Shown piece by piece: positions 28,689-38,675 of a stretch of 64,000 nt of DNA (its first letter is position 1; the number at the start of each line of letters is the position of its first letter). The notes under the pieces were generated by a model. The model did not search any database and was not told the origin of the DNA. It saw only the letters and a program-made list of their open reading frames with translations. Origin of the DNA: an uncultured Thermoplasmata archaeon. Its GTDB lineage: Archaea > Thermoplasmatota > Thermoplasmata > RBG-16-68-12. The position numbers and the translations under genes were made by a program. The stretch is from positions 32,001 through 96,000 of the forward strand of contig CAVYJM010000011.1 in assembly GCA_963768855.1 (NCBI GenBank), given 5' to 3'.

Positions 28689-29081
28689 ATGCGAAGCGAG
28701 GCGCCGTACACGCTGCTCTTTGACGGCGAGTGTCGTATCTGTGCGGCCTTCGCACGCATGGTGCGTCTTGTCGACCTCCGCCGAGGCCTGCAGGTCTGCT
28801 CGATCCAAGATTCGGGAAGACTCCTCGCCGCGGTACCTGCGGAAAAGAGGCTCGGCGCAGCCCACGCGGTGGGGCCGGATGGGCACGTGACCTCGGGCGC
28901 GGAGGCGATGCCCGCCATCGTGGCCGCGCTTACGGCGGGCCCCCGCTTCGAAGCTCGCCTGCGCTCCTCCCGGACCTCGATGGTCGCGCTGGACCACATC
29001 TACCGTCTCATGACCGAGATGAGGGGCCGGCTGAGCTGCGCGAGCGGCGTCGCGCCTTCGGCGGAACGTATCCCTCGATGA
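28689..29081 (+). CDS. DCC1/DUF393 thiol-disulfide oxidoreductase-like protein
   Basis: LLFDGECRIC (DxxCxxC) motif; SGAEA. Confidence 0.88.
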   Translation: MRSEAPYTLLFDGECRICAAFARMVRLVDLRRGLQVCSIQDSGRLLAAVPAEKRLGAAHAVGPDGHVTSGAEAMPAIVAALTAGPRFEARLRSSRTSMVALDHIYRLMTEMRGRLSCASGVAPSAERIPR

Positions 29082-29913
29082 GCGAGCGGAGCATCCTCAG
29101 GTTGCGGCGATATCCGGCGTCATCCCCAGGATATTCCAGGCACCCGGGTAGCTGCGCGAATCGCGGATCGTTGACCAGGGGGCGGAAGCCTTCGAGGCCG
29201 ATCTTTCCTCGCCCGATGTTCTCGTGGCGGTCCGCGTGCGAGTTGAGGTCGCCCTTGGAGTCGTTCAGGTGGAATGCCCGGACCCGGGATAGCCCCACGG
29301 TTCCGTCGAGGGACCGGATTAGGTCCGCATAGCCCTCCGGAGTGCGGAAGTCGTAGCCCGCGGCGAACGCGTGGCAGGTGTCCACGCACGCGCCGAGGCG
29401 GTCCCCACGGGACGCCGTCTGGATGATGTCCGCGATCTGCTCGAACCTCGCGCCCACGGTGCTCCCGCCCCCGGCCGTGTTCTCCAGGACTGCGAAAACA
29501 TCCGGCGCCGCGGCATGGTCAAGGCACCAATCGAGGCTTTCCGCGATGGTCTTGATGCCAAACGCCTCGCCTTTGCCCAGGTGAGCCCCTGGATGGAAGA
29601 TCACATCCCGCACGCCGAGCTGCTGGGCTCGGTCCAGCTCCTCGACGAACGCCGCGCGAGAGAGCTTGACCATGGACTTCTTCGGGGAGCCGAGGTTGAT
29701 CAGGTAGTTCGCGTGGATCACGGCGCGTGCGATGCGGTGAGCGGCCAAGTTCTCCTTGAACGCCGCGGTCTCCTCCACCGCGAGCGGTTTCGTATTGCGG
29801 AGCATCCTCGGGCTTCGGGAGAAGATCTGGATCGCCTCGCAGCCCACGGCTTCGCCGCGCTCCGGCGCGAGGGCGATGCTCTCTGCGATGGATATGTGAG
29901 CCCCGAGGTACAT
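29008..29913 (-). CDS. nfo: Endonuclease IV (AP endonuclease family 2)
   Basis: LGAHISIA, HANYLINL, IFHPGA, VLENTAG, CVDTCHAFAAGYD, HLNDSK, DRHENIGRG. Confidence 0.96.
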   Translation of the reverse strand: MYLGAHISIAESIALAPERGEAVGCEAIQIFSRSPRMLRNTKPLAVEETAAFKENLAAHRIARAVIHANYLINLGSPKKSMVKLSRAAFVEELDRAQQLGVRDVIFHPGAHLGKGEAFGIKTIAESLDWCLDHAAAPDVFAVLENTAGGGSTVGARFEQIADIIQTASRGDRLGACVDTCHAFAAGYDFRTPEGYADLIRSLDGTVGLSRVRAFHLNDSKGDLNSHADRHENIGRGKIGLEGFRPLVNDPRFAQLPGCLEYPGDDAGYRRNLRMLRSLIEGYVPPKARRRSRSSAGPSSRS

Positions 29914-30030
29914 CCGCTGCCGTCCGTCGCGGGGTAGCTCCTGGGACCCCATGAGCTTTGCCGATTGGGGTCCGATTGGGGCCAACCGTATTCAAGACCG
30001 GCCGCGCTCCTTCGATGCGAGGGTCGCAGG

Positions 30031-30177
30031 ATGGCCGGAGACGGCGAGGTCGAATCGCGTTTTACGGGAATGATCTTCCTCCTTCGACGGGTTTTCCCCG
30101 AAGCCCCGGATGGCCGCCTGCGATCCCCACCCCGCCCGGACATGGGCTACATGCAGCGACGCCCCCGGAGGGCGTGA
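30031..30177 (+). CDS. Possible small hypothetical protein (48 aa)
   Basis: The only sensible ORF in a ~280-nt gap; no family recognised. Confidence 0.3.
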   Translation: MAGDGEVESRFTGMIFLLRRVFPEAPDGRLRSPPRPDMGYMQRRPRRA

Positions 30178-30192
30178 GCAAGGCGACGGGCG

Positions 30193-30918
30193 TCACTCGA
30201 TACGCGCGCGCTCGTGGGCCAGGCGCCGCGCCTTGACGACCAGGTACGACTGGGTCAGGTGCTTCTCGCCGCGGGTGAAGGAATCGGACAATTCCTCCCA
30301 GCGCCCGTCCTCCACCCACTTCCGGACGGTTTCGTCGCGGAGGAAGAGTTCGACCTCCCGCAGCTGCTCGAACTCGGCGATGATCGTGTCCACGCCCACG
30401 AACTCGATCTCGAGCTGATTCTCCTCGAGGAGGTCCTCCATCGTGTCTTCGTAGAACGCCCAGCGCGACCCGCGGCGCGTTTCCTTCCAGTGGTCCCCGT
30501 GGTGACAGCAGAAGATGAACTTCCCCCCTGGGCGGAGGCTGTGCGCCGAATGCCACACGATGCCGGGGGACATGCATAGGTTGCTGATCACGAAGTCGAA
30601 GGGCTCAGAGGAGAACTCGTGGTAGGCGGTCTTCTCCACGTCGCCCCAGACGAAGTCGACATGGCGGATGTCCTTGACGCCGGCGTAGGCGCGGCCCTGC
30701 TGGAGCTTCATCCGGTCCAGGTCGACGCCGATCACGTGACCGCCGACCGCCGCCGCGACGAAGGCCAGGCGTCCCTCTCCCGTTCCCACGTCGAGGACGG
30801 AGCGTCCGCGGAAGTCCTCGTGCCGGAACTGGTCCAGGAGCATCGGACGGAGCTCGAAGGCATGCCGTGCGGCATCCCGCCAGAGCAGGTGGCGTGTCTG
30901 GCGGATCACGTCGACCAT
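30193..30918 (-). CDS. Class I SAM-dependent methyltransferase
   Basis: VLDVGTGEG, GVDLD, WGDV, FDFVISNL, LRPGGKF; start may be 30918 or about 30966. Confidence 0.9.
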   Translation of the reverse strand: MVDVIRQTRHLLWRDAARHAFELRPMLLDQFRHEDFRGRSVLDVGTGEGRLAFVAAAVGGHVIGVDLDRMKLQQGRAYAGVKDIRHVDFVWGDVEKTAYHEFSSEPFDFVISNLCMSPGIVWHSAHSLRPGGKFIFCCHHGDHWKETRRGSRWAFYEDTMEDLLEENQLEIEFVGVDTIIAEFEQLREVELFLRDETVRKWVEDGRWEELSDSFTRGEKHLTQSYLVVKARRLAHERARIE

Positions 30919-31030
30919 CCGGACTTCTCCATCGGTCCGGATGCGGGCATCGGGATAAGAGGCCATCGGTGCGGCCCCGGAACGCCACACGCTTATAGAG
31001 AGCCGCCACCTTGGCGAGCCGGGATTCACG

Positions 31031-32482
31031 ATGGAACCGCAGGAGATCCGGCTCTTCATCGGTGGCAAATCCGTGCCTGCGTCCTCCGGCGGGAGTATGG
31101 ACGTCATCGATCCCGCGACGAACCGCGTGGTCGCGCGGGCGGCCTCGGGCACGAAGGAGGATGTCGCGATCGCCGTGGAGTCCGCGAGCGCCGCCTTCGA
31201 GTCGCCGGACTGGAGAGACCTCGACCCGAGCAAGCGGGGCCGGCTCCTCTTCCTCCTGGGTCAGCAGGTCCGGGACCATTTCGAGGACCTCGCGCGCCTC
31301 GAATCGCTGAACGTCGGGAAGCCGCTCAAGGAGGCCCGCGGGGACATCGCGTACGTGTACAAGCTCTTCGAATATTATGCAGGCCTGGCAGATAAAATTC
31401 AGGGGGACACGATCCCCGTGCCCGGCGCTCGCCTCGACTACACCTTGCGTGAACCCCTCGGGGTCACTGCGCACATCGCTCCGTGGAACTATCCGCTGCT
31501 TCTTGCCTGCCGGGGGATCGCGCCCGCCTTGGCCGCGGGCAACACCGTCGTCCTGAAGCCCGCTTCCCTGACCCCCTGGACCGCCGTCCAGATCGCGCAG
31601 TACGCGTCGGCCGCCGGCTTCCCCCCGGGCGTCTTCAATGTCGTGACCGGACCGGGGCGCGAGGTTGGCGGCGCCCTCGCAGGCCATCCGGAGGTCGCGA
31701 GCGTGACCCTGACGGGTTCGACTGAAACCGGGAAGCAGCTCCTCCATGCGGTCGCAGACCGGATCGTGCCCACGACTCTCGAGCTCGGCGGGAAGAACCC
31801 GCAGATCGTCCTGCCCGATGCGAAGCTGGACCGGGCGCTCGCCGGCGTGCACTTCGGCGCGTTCCAGAACGCGGGACAGATGTGCTGGGCCGGGTCGAAG
31901 GTGCTCGTCCACGAAGAGATCGCTGCGTCCCTCCTTGGCAGGCTGAAGGAGCGCATCGCGAAGACCCGTCTCGGCCCCGGACTCGAGGACGGGGTCCAGA
32001 TGGGCCCCGTCGTCTCGCGGCAGCAGGAGGCCGGCATCTTGGCGGCGATTGAGGACACCACGCGCACCGGTGCCCGACCGAGTGTCGGCGGCGGGAAGGC
32101 CGACGAGCCTGCTCTGCGCGACGGGAACTTCGTCCGGCCCACCCTCTTCGAGAATCCTCCGGAGGAGAGCCGCGTCGCGCGGGAGGAGGTTTTCGGCCCC
32201 GTCCTCGCCGCGTTCACGTTCACGGACCTGGACGATGCCGTGGCCAGGGCAAACGACACGCCGTATGGGCTGAGCGCGGGCGTCTGGACGCAGGACCTCG
32301 GCAAGGCGCACACGATCGCGCGGCGGCTCAAGGCAGGGATGGTCTCGATCAACGAGTACCCGATCACGTTCCCGCAGACGCCCTTCCTCGGCTGGAAGCA
32401 ATCGGGGCTAGGCCAGGAGCAGGGCGTGGATGCCGTCCTCTTCTACACCCACGCGAAGAACGTCCTCGTGAACCTGGAATGA
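31031..32482 (+). CDS. NAD(P)-dependent aldehyde dehydrogenase (betaine/aminoaldehyde-type family)
   Basis: APWNYP, KPASLTP, TGSTETG, LELGGKNP, NAGQMCWAG, EEVFGPV. Confidence 0.95.
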   Translation: MEPQEIRLFIGGKSVPASSGGSMDVIDPATNRVVARAASGTKEDVAIAVESASAAFESPDWRDLDPSKRGRLLFLLGQQVRDHFEDLARLESLNVGKPLKEARGDIAYVYKLFEYYAGLADKIQGDTIPVPGARLDYTLREPLGVTAHIAPWNYPLLLACRGIAPALAAGNTVVLKPASLTPWTAVQIAQYASAAGFPPGVFNVVTGPGREVGGALAGHPEVASVTLTGSTETGKQLLHAVADRIVPTTLELGGKNPQIVLPDAKLDRALAGVHFGAFQNAGQMCWAGSKVLVHEEIAASLLGRLKERIAKTRLGPGLEDGVQMGPVVSRQQEAGILAAIEDTTRTGARPSVGGGKADEPALRDGNFVRPTLFENPPEESRVAREEVFGPVLAAFTFTDLDDAVARANDTPYGLSAGVWTQDLGKAHTIARRLKAGMVSINEYPITFPQTPFLGWKQSGLGQEQGVDAVLFYTHAKNVLVNLE

Positions 32483-32498
32483 TCCGCCGTCGTCCGGG

Positions 32499-33659
32499 TC
32501 AGAGGTCGCGGAGCTCTTCCTGGACCACGAGTCCCTTCTCCCTCAATCGCTCGAGGTACGCCTCGGAATCCAGCTGCTCCGGGATGACGATGCCTCGATC
32601 CGGGACGCGTCCCTCGAGAAGCATCTCCGCGGCGACCGCGCCGCCCGTGCCCACGAGGTACGCCGTTGCGTTCGTGCGGTGGAGCCGGTAGGCGTCCTCA
32701 TAGGAGAGGCCCGTCCACATCCTCACGCACGCGGCCTTGCCTTGCCTCAATCCGGTCACCTCCACGACGAACGACGCATGTCCCCGGATCCGGCTCGCAA
32801 GGAGGACGGGGCTGGGCAGCGCCGCCGCGATCACGTCCAGGGGCCGCACGCGGACGCCCCGAACGTCAATCGGCTCGCCCCGCAGCAGACCGAGCCTCCG
32901 GAGGGTGTCCGCGGCCCGTACCCAGGAGTCATCGATGAAAATGTTGAACGAGGCGCGCTCGAGGCTCTTGATCCCGATCGGCAGGAAGTACGTCTCGTCG
33001 TGGTTCGTCTTGAAGACCCGGAGCGGCCCGACCGGCGGCGGGAACAGGAACGTCTGGCTCGAGCTCATCGGAGGGAGGAACCGGATCGCACCTCCCTCAT
33101 ACACCGCCGCCGGGACGCTCATCTCGTCCAGGAGGTCCACGGGGGACCAGGTGGAGAACAGCTCGACGCCGTCCACGCTCGCCGTGTCGCCGTCGTACAC
33201 GTGCGCCTCGTCCGCGCGGTCCAGCCTGCGTGCAGCGTGCATCGCGAACACGTCGGAGATCCCGGGCTCCATGCCCATGCCGACCAGGGCGGCGATCCCC
33301 GCCTCCCTGCACATTCTGGATGCCTCATCGAATTCTGGGCCCGTGCCGTCGAACGGCATCCCGAAGTCTAGGTAGTCCGTCTTGGTCTGGGCCGCGACAT
33401 CCATGACGATCTTGTTGAGCCGCCACGGCATGGAGGCGATGACGAGGTCAGCGTCCTCGAGGAGCCGCTTCAAGGCCGCCGGGTCGGTGCCGTCGATGTC
33501 CAGGACCGAGACCCGATTCGGCGGGAGGCGTGGCAGGAGAGCTTGGGCCGCCTCGGTCTTCCGGTCCGCGAGGACGAGATGGTCGACGCGGGGGTGCTTC
33601 GCGAGGTGCTCCGCACACACGAGCCCGCAGACGCCACATCCAAGCTGGACGACCCGCAT
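32499..33659 (-). CDS. Saccharopine dehydrogenase family (lysine 6-dehydrogenase/carboxynorspermidine dehydrogenase-like)
   Basis: QLGCGVCG Rossmann; LVLADR; GMGMEPGISDV; STWSP..LLDE; HDET. Confidence 0.88.
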   Translation of the reverse strand: MRVVQLGCGVCGLVCAEHLAKHPRVDHLVLADRKTEAAQALLPRLPPNRVSVLDIDGTDPAALKRLLEDADLVIASMPWRLNKIVMDVAAQTKTDYLDFGMPFDGTGPEFDEASRMCREAGIAALVGMGMEPGISDVFAMHAARRLDRADEAHVYDGDTASVDGVELFSTWSPVDLLDEMSVPAAVYEGGAIRFLPPMSSSQTFLFPPPVGPLRVFKTNHDETYFLPIGIKSLERASFNIFIDDSWVRAADTLRRLGLLRGEPIDVRGVRVRPLDVIAAALPSPVLLASRIRGHASFVVEVTGLRQGKAACVRMWTGLSYEDAYRLHRTNATAYLVGTGGAVAAEMLLEGRVPDRGIVIPEQLDSEAYLERLREKGLVVQEELRDL

Positions 33660-33819
33660 CGTATCGCCGCATCGGGCGGACCCCGGTCCTCCCGCGACGT
33701 CCGGGGGATTCCGGGAAGCGGCTTAAGCGTTTCAGGAGACGGGGTACGCACCCGGTCTCACCACCAGGCCTTCCGAAACGGTTGAAAGGCCGCAGGGTGG
33801 TCCCGGTGCCGAGGGAATC

Positions 33820-35217
33820 ATGCGCCACGATCCACGGAGGGTCCATCCGTACATCCCGAACTCGGCGCCGGCCGCCAAGGAAGCCATGCTGCGCGAGGTC
33901 GGTGCCGAGAGCGAAGACGATTTCTACGAGGACATCCCCGAGGGGCTCCGGTTCCGCGGGCGGCTGGACTTGCCGGAACCCTTGACGTCCGAACACCTGC
34001 TCCGGAGGCACGTGGAAGGGCTCCTCGCCAGGAACCGCAGTTGCAAGGAGGTCCTGAACTTCCTCGGCGCAGGCTGCTACGAGCACGCCGTGCCTGCGGT
34101 ATGCGACGAGATCAATTCCCGCGGAGAGTTCCTGACGGCCTACGCGGGGGAGCCGTACGACGACCACGGCCGGTTCCAGGCCCTGTTCGAGTACGCGAGC
34201 CTCATGGGGGAGCTTCTGGCCATGGACGTGGTGAACGTGCCCACCTACGACGGCTTCCAGGCCACCGCCACCGGCCTGCGCATGGCGGCGCGGATCACGG
34301 GCCGGAACGAGGTCCTCGTCTCCCGCGCGATCGCCGCTGACAAGCTCTCCAAGATCCGCGACTACCTGAAACCCCGTCATTCCGTGAGGTTGTTCGACTT
34401 CGACGCATCGACGGGAGGGCCCGACCTCGGCTCGCTCGAGGCCCTGATCGGGAAGGAGACCGCCGCAGTCTATTTCGAGAATCCCTCTTACTTGGGCGTG
34501 ATCGCCACGCAGGGAGGGCGCGTCTCGGAGATGGCCCACGGCGCTGGCGCGCTGTCCGTCGTCGGTGCGGACCCGAGCACCCTGGGCATCCTCGCACCCC
34601 CCGCAGACTACGGCGCCGACATCGTCGTGGGGGACCTCCAGCCGCTCGGGATGCACATGCAGTTCGGTGGGGGGCATGCGGGGTTCATCGCCACCCGGGA
34701 CGAGCCGAAGTATGTGGCGGAGTATCCCTCCCGGCTTTTCGGGATCACCTCCACCTCCGTGGACGGTGAGTACGGCTTTGGCGACGTCGCCTACGACCGC
34801 ACGTCCTTCGCGAAGCGGGAGGCAGGCAAGGAGTGGGTCGGCACGGCTGCGGCCCTCTGGGGGATCACCGCCGGCGCCTACCTCGCCCTCATGGGACCCG
34901 AGGGGATGCGAGAGCTGGGCGAGTCCATGCTAGCGAAGTCGCACTACGCGGCGCGCCGCCTGTCGCGGATCCCCGGCGTCCGCGCACCGTATTTCCGGGG
35001 TCCGTTCTTCCACGAGTTCGTCGTGGACATCCGCCGCACCGGGAAGAACGTGGCCCAGGTCAACCGCGCGCTCCTGCGCCGCGGGATCTTCGGTGGCAAG
35101 GATCTCTCTCAGGAGTTCCCGGAACTCCGGGGGCGCGCCCTGTACTGCGTGACCGAGGTGGCCACCCAGGACGACTTGGACAGGCTCGCCGAAGCGGTCC
35201 GGGAGGTCGTCGCATGA
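33820..35217 (+). CDS. gcvPA: Glycine-cleavage P-protein subunit 1-like (divergent)
   Basis: HPYIP, FLGAGCYEHAVP, EFLTAY, FQALFEY, YDG, GDLQPLG, LYCVTE. Confidence 0.9.
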   Translation: MRHDPRRVHPYIPNSAPAAKEAMLREVGAESEDDFYEDIPEGLRFRGRLDLPEPLTSEHLLRRHVEGLLARNRSCKEVLNFLGAGCYEHAVPAVCDEINSRGEFLTAYAGEPYDDHGRFQALFEYASLMGELLAMDVVNVPTYDGFQATATGLRMAARITGRNEVLVSRAIAADKLSKIRDYLKPRHSVRLFDFDASTGGPDLGSLEALIGKETAAVYFENPSYLGVIATQGGRVSEMAHGAGALSVVGADPSTLGILAPPADYGADIVVGDLQPLGMHMQFGGGHAGFIATRDEPKYVAEYPSRLFGITSTSVDGEYGFGDVAYDRTSFAKREAGKEWVGTAAALWGITAGAYLALMGPEGMRELGESMLAKSHYAARRLSRIPGVRAPYFRGPFFHEFVVDIRRTGKNVAQVNRALLRRGIFGGKDLSQEFPELRGRALYCVTEVATQDDLDRLAEAVREVVA

Positions 35218-36821
35218 AGGACATCCCCGCCCTCCGGAATGCCGAGGGCACACCGCGCCTCCGGAGGTTCCACCAGGCCCGGTGGGACGAGCCCATCCTC
35301 TTCGAGCTGAGTGCCAAGGGGGAACGCGGCGTCCGGGTGCCCGAGGCGGAGCCCGGGATCCGGAAAGCCGTCGGAGACGTCGTCGGATCGCTGCCGAGAT
35401 CGGTCCTGCGCAGGAGTCCGCCCGCGCTCCCCGAGATCTCACAGAACCGCGTCCTGCGCCACTACCTGCGGCTGTCCCAGGAGAACCTCGGCGCGGACCT
35501 CAACATCGACGTGGGCCAGGGAACGTGCACGATGAAGTACAGCCCGAAGGTGAACGACCAGCTCGCGCGTCTGCCTCAGATGGCAGAGCTCCACCCGCTC
35601 CAGCCCGAGGAGACCGTCCAAGGGATCCTGGAAATCCTGTACCGCTTCGAGAGCTTCCTGAAGGCGCTCTCTGGCATGGACGCCTTCTCCCTTCAGCCCG
35701 GGGCAGGGTCCGCAGCGATCTACGCGAATGCATCGATCATCCGAGCGTACCATGAGTCCCGCGGAGAAGCGGCCCAGCGGCGGGAGATCATCACGACGAT
35801 CTTCTCGCATCCCTCCAACGCGGCCTGCGCGAAGACCGCGGGCTTCGACGTGGTGACCCTGTATCCGGACGCGGACGGTTACCCAGACCTGAAGGCATTG
35901 AAGGCGGCCGTCTCCGAACGCACCGCGGGTCTCATGATCACGAACCCGGAGGACACGGGGATCTTCAACCCGAGGATCCGGGAGTTCGTCGACGCGGTGC
36001 ACGAGGTGGGAGGGCTGTGCGCCTACGACCAGGCGAACGCGAACGGCATCCTGGGCATCACGCGCGCACGGGAGGCGGGGTTCGACATGTGCCACTTCAA
36101 CCTCCACAAGACCTTCTCCACGCCCCACGGCTGCGGAGGACCCGCGGGCGCGGCGATCGGCGTGCGGAGGGAGCTCGCACGGTTCCTGCCGACCCCCGTG
36201 GTCGCCTTCGACGGGAAGCGGTACCGTCTGGACTACGACCGTCCCGACAGCATCGGGAAGATCCGGCCGTGGTACGGAGTCGCGCCGGTCATCCTGAGAG
36301 CCTACGCGTGGGTCATGAGCCTCGGCGCCGAGGGCCTGCGGGAGGTGGCTAGGGTCGCCGTCCTGAACAACAACTACCTGCTCAAGCGGATGCTCGAGAT
36401 TCGGGGCATCCAAGCACCCTACGCGAAGGGGAAGCGCCGCATCGAGCAGGTGCGGTACAGCTGGGAGGAGCTCGCCCGCGAGACGGGCGTCCACACCGAA
36501 GACCTCGGCCTACGGGCCGCAGACTTTGGCGTGCACTATTGGATGAGCCATCATCCTTGGATCGTGGGGGAGCCCTGCACGCTCGAGCCGACCGAATCGT
36601 ACTCAAAGGCGGATCTCGACGAATACGCCGCGATCCTGCGCCATGTCGCGCAGGAGGCGAGGACGGATCCCGAGCGGGTCAAGACGGCGCCCCACAACAG
36701 CACGGTCCATCGCATCGACCCATCCCCCCTCGATGACCCAAGAGAGTGGGCGATGACTTGGAGAGGGTATCGGAAGAAGCTTAAACGCGGTCTCGAGTCC
36801 CGGGGAGGGAAGACGCCATGA
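35214..36821 (+). CDS. gcvPB: Glycine-cleavage P-protein subunit 2-like (PLP-binding, divergent)
   Basis: RHYLRLSQEN, GTCTMKYSPK, HGCGGP, DQANAN, CHFNLHKTFSTPHG (PLP Lys), AVLNNNY, EPTES; ATGA overlap. Confidence 0.92.
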   Translation: MKDIPALRNAEGTPRLRRFHQARWDEPILFELSAKGERGVRVPEAEPGIRKAVGDVVGSLPRSVLRRSPPALPEISQNRVLRHYLRLSQENLGADLNIDVGQGTCTMKYSPKVNDQLARLPQMAELHPLQPEETVQGILEILYRFESFLKALSGMDAFSLQPGAGSAAIYANASIIRAYHESRGEAAQRREIITTIFSHPSNAACAKTAGFDVVTLYPDADGYPDLKALKAAVSERTAGLMITNPEDTGIFNPRIREFVDAVHEVGGLCAYDQANANGILGITRAREAGFDMCHFNLHKTFSTPHGCGGPAGAAIGVRRELARFLPTPVVAFDGKRYRLDYDRPDSIGKIRPWYGVAPVILRAYAWVMSLGAEGLREVARVAVLNNNYLLKRMLEIRGIQAPYAKGKRRIEQVRYSWEELARETGVHTEDLGLRAADFGVHYWMSHHPWIVGEPCTLEPTESYSKADLDEYAAILRHVAQEARTDPERVKTAPHNSTVHRIDPSPLDDPREWAMTWRGYRKKLKRGLESRGGKTP

Positions 36822-37609
36822 AGGCACGGACGAGTGGCGGCAGTGGCAGGTTGGCCGGGAAAGTGGCGTTGGTGACCGGTGGGGCCTCGGGGATCGGGAA
36901 GGCCACGGCAATCCTGTTCGGCAAGGAAGGCGCCGCCGTTGTGGTCCACGATGTCAAGGAGGAGGGGCTGGCCACGGCCGAGGAGATCGTCGCCGCAGGC
37001 GGGCGAGCGTCGTTCATCCACGGGGACGTGACCCGGGCTGCAGACTGCCAGGCGGCCGTGCAGAAGGCCGTCACGGAGTTCGGCAGCATCGATGTGCTCG
37101 TCAACAACGCAGGGATCATCCGGCGCGCGTCCGTCGTCGACACGACCGAGGAGGAGTGGGACCGCGTCATGGCCGTGAACGTCAAGTCCGTCTTCCTCCT
37201 TTCGAAAGCTGCAATCCCGATCATGGCTCGGAGCGGCGGTGGCGTCATCGTGAACACGGCTTCCGGGTGGGGACTGGACGGCGGCCGGGACGCCGCGTCG
37301 TACTGCGCGTCGAAGGCGGCGGTCGTGAACCTGACCCGGGCCATGGCCATCGATCATGCGGATCAGAACATCCGCGTGAACTGCGTCTGCCCCGGAGACA
37401 CCGACACGGCGATGCTCCGGGAGGAGGCCCGTCAGCTCGGCCAGGATGTGTCGCAGTTCCTGGCGAGGTCTGCGCAAAGGCCGCTGGGCCGGATGGGTCG
37501 ACCCGAGGAGATCGCCCAAGCCATCTTGTTCCTCGCGAGCGATGCGTCCTCCTACGTCACAGGGACCGCCCTCGTCGTCGACGGAGGCGGACATGCAGGG
37601 TCGGCTTGA
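36818..37609 (+). CDS. SDR family oxidoreductase
   Basis: VTGGASGIG, VNNAG, YCASK, RVNCVCPGDTDT, VDGG; overlaps the gcvPB-like stop. Confidence 0.94.
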   Translation: MKARTSGGSGRLAGKVALVTGGASGIGKATAILFGKEGAAVVVHDVKEEGLATAEEIVAAGGRASFIHGDVTRAADCQAAVQKAVTEFGSIDVLVNNAGIIRRASVVDTTEEEWDRVMAVNVKSVFLLSKAAIPIMARSGGGVIVNTASGWGLDGGRDAASYCASKAAVVNLTRAMAIDHADQNIRVNCVCPGDTDTAMLREEARQLGQDVSQFLARSAQRPLGRMGRPEEIAQAILFLASDASSYVTGTALVVDGGGHAGSA

Positions 37610-37680
37610 CCCCGGTTGGTTTTCCGCGTCCCGAATGGGTGGTCGAAAGGCTTGAGAGGGAGCGCGCCTTGGCGGCGGCG

Positions 37681-38226
37681 ATGATCTACATCGCGGCGAC
37701 CGCGACCTTGGTGGGGGACGTGTCCCTCGCAGAGGGATCGAGCATCTGGCACGGGGCCGTCCTGCGCGGCGACTTCGACGCGGTGAGTGTGGGCCAGGAC
37801 TCCAACGTCCAGGACAACGCGGTCCTCCATGTGGATCGGCGGATGCCCTGTGAGGTCGGCGACCGCGTCACCGTGGGCCACGCCGCGGTTGTCCACGGTT
37901 CCAAGGTGGGTGGCGAGTGCCTCATCGGAATGAACGCGACGATCAATAGCGGCACGGTCATCGGGCGCGGGTGCCTCGTCGCGGCGGGTGCCGTCACCCG
38001 GGAGAACGCCATCTTCCCTGAGGAGAGCGTCGTCGCTGGTGTCCCCGCGAAGGTCCTTCGGAAGGTGGACGAGACTCTCTGGAAGCGGATCGAGCTGTCC
38101 TGGAAGATCTACCGCGACCTCGCCAAGGCGAGCTTGCCGGCGAGGCCCGAGATCGCTGCGGACCGGAGCAAGCAGGTCCACTTTGAAATGTCCGAGGAGT
38201 TCACGCGGCTCGTCCGCAAGGGTTGA
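37681..38226 (+). CDS. Gamma-carbonic-anhydrase family (YrdA/CaiE/PaaY-like hexapeptide protein)
   Basis: GDVSLAEGSSIWHGAVLRGD, NVQDNAVLH, TVGHAAVVHG, GVPAKVLR. Confidence 0.93.
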   Translation: MIYIAATATLVGDVSLAEGSSIWHGAVLRGDFDAVSVGQDSNVQDNAVLHVDRRMPCEVGDRVTVGHAAVVHGSKVGGECLIGMNATINSGTVIGRGCLVAAGAVTRENAIFPEESVVAGVPAKVLRKVDETLWKRIELSWKIYRDLAKASLPARPEIAADRSKQVHFEMSEEFTRLVRKG

Positions 38227-38270
38227 GGACACCCAAACGTTTTTCGAGGTCCGCCGCTTCGGCGTCGGGG

Positions 38271-38675
38271 ATGGCGCGCTTCACAACGGAGATGCAGATG
38301 CGGTTCCGGGACCTCGACGCCATGGGCCACGTCAACAACGCGGTCTACCTGTCCTACTGCGAACTCGCGCGCACCCAGTTCTACCTGAAACATGCGTTCA
38401 AGCGCTCCTTGCACGACATCGACTTCATCCTCGCCCATGTCGACATCGACTACGTCTCAGCGGCGGAGTGGGGCGACCAGGTCGAGGTGTCCGTCTGGCC
38501 TTCGAAGATCGGAGAGTCATCCTTCACGCTGAGCTACGAGCTCCGGGACAAGAAGTCGAACCGGCTCCTCGCGAAGTCCTCGAGTGTCCTGGTTTCCTAC
38601 GACTACGACAAGAAGCAGACGAAACCGATCCCGTCCGAGTTCCGCAAGATGCTCGAGGAAAACCTGGAAGCCTAA
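38271..38675 (+). CDS. Acyl-CoA thioesterase (4HBT/YbgC hotdog family)
   Basis: [19 protein letters not shown]. Confidence 0.92.
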   Translation: MARFTTEMQMRFRDLDAMGHVNNAVYLSYCELARTQFYLKHAFKRSLHDIDFILAHVDIDYVSAAEWGDQVEVSVWPSKIGESSFTLSYELRDKKSNRLLAKSSSVLVSYDYDKKQTKPIPSEFRKMLEENLEA

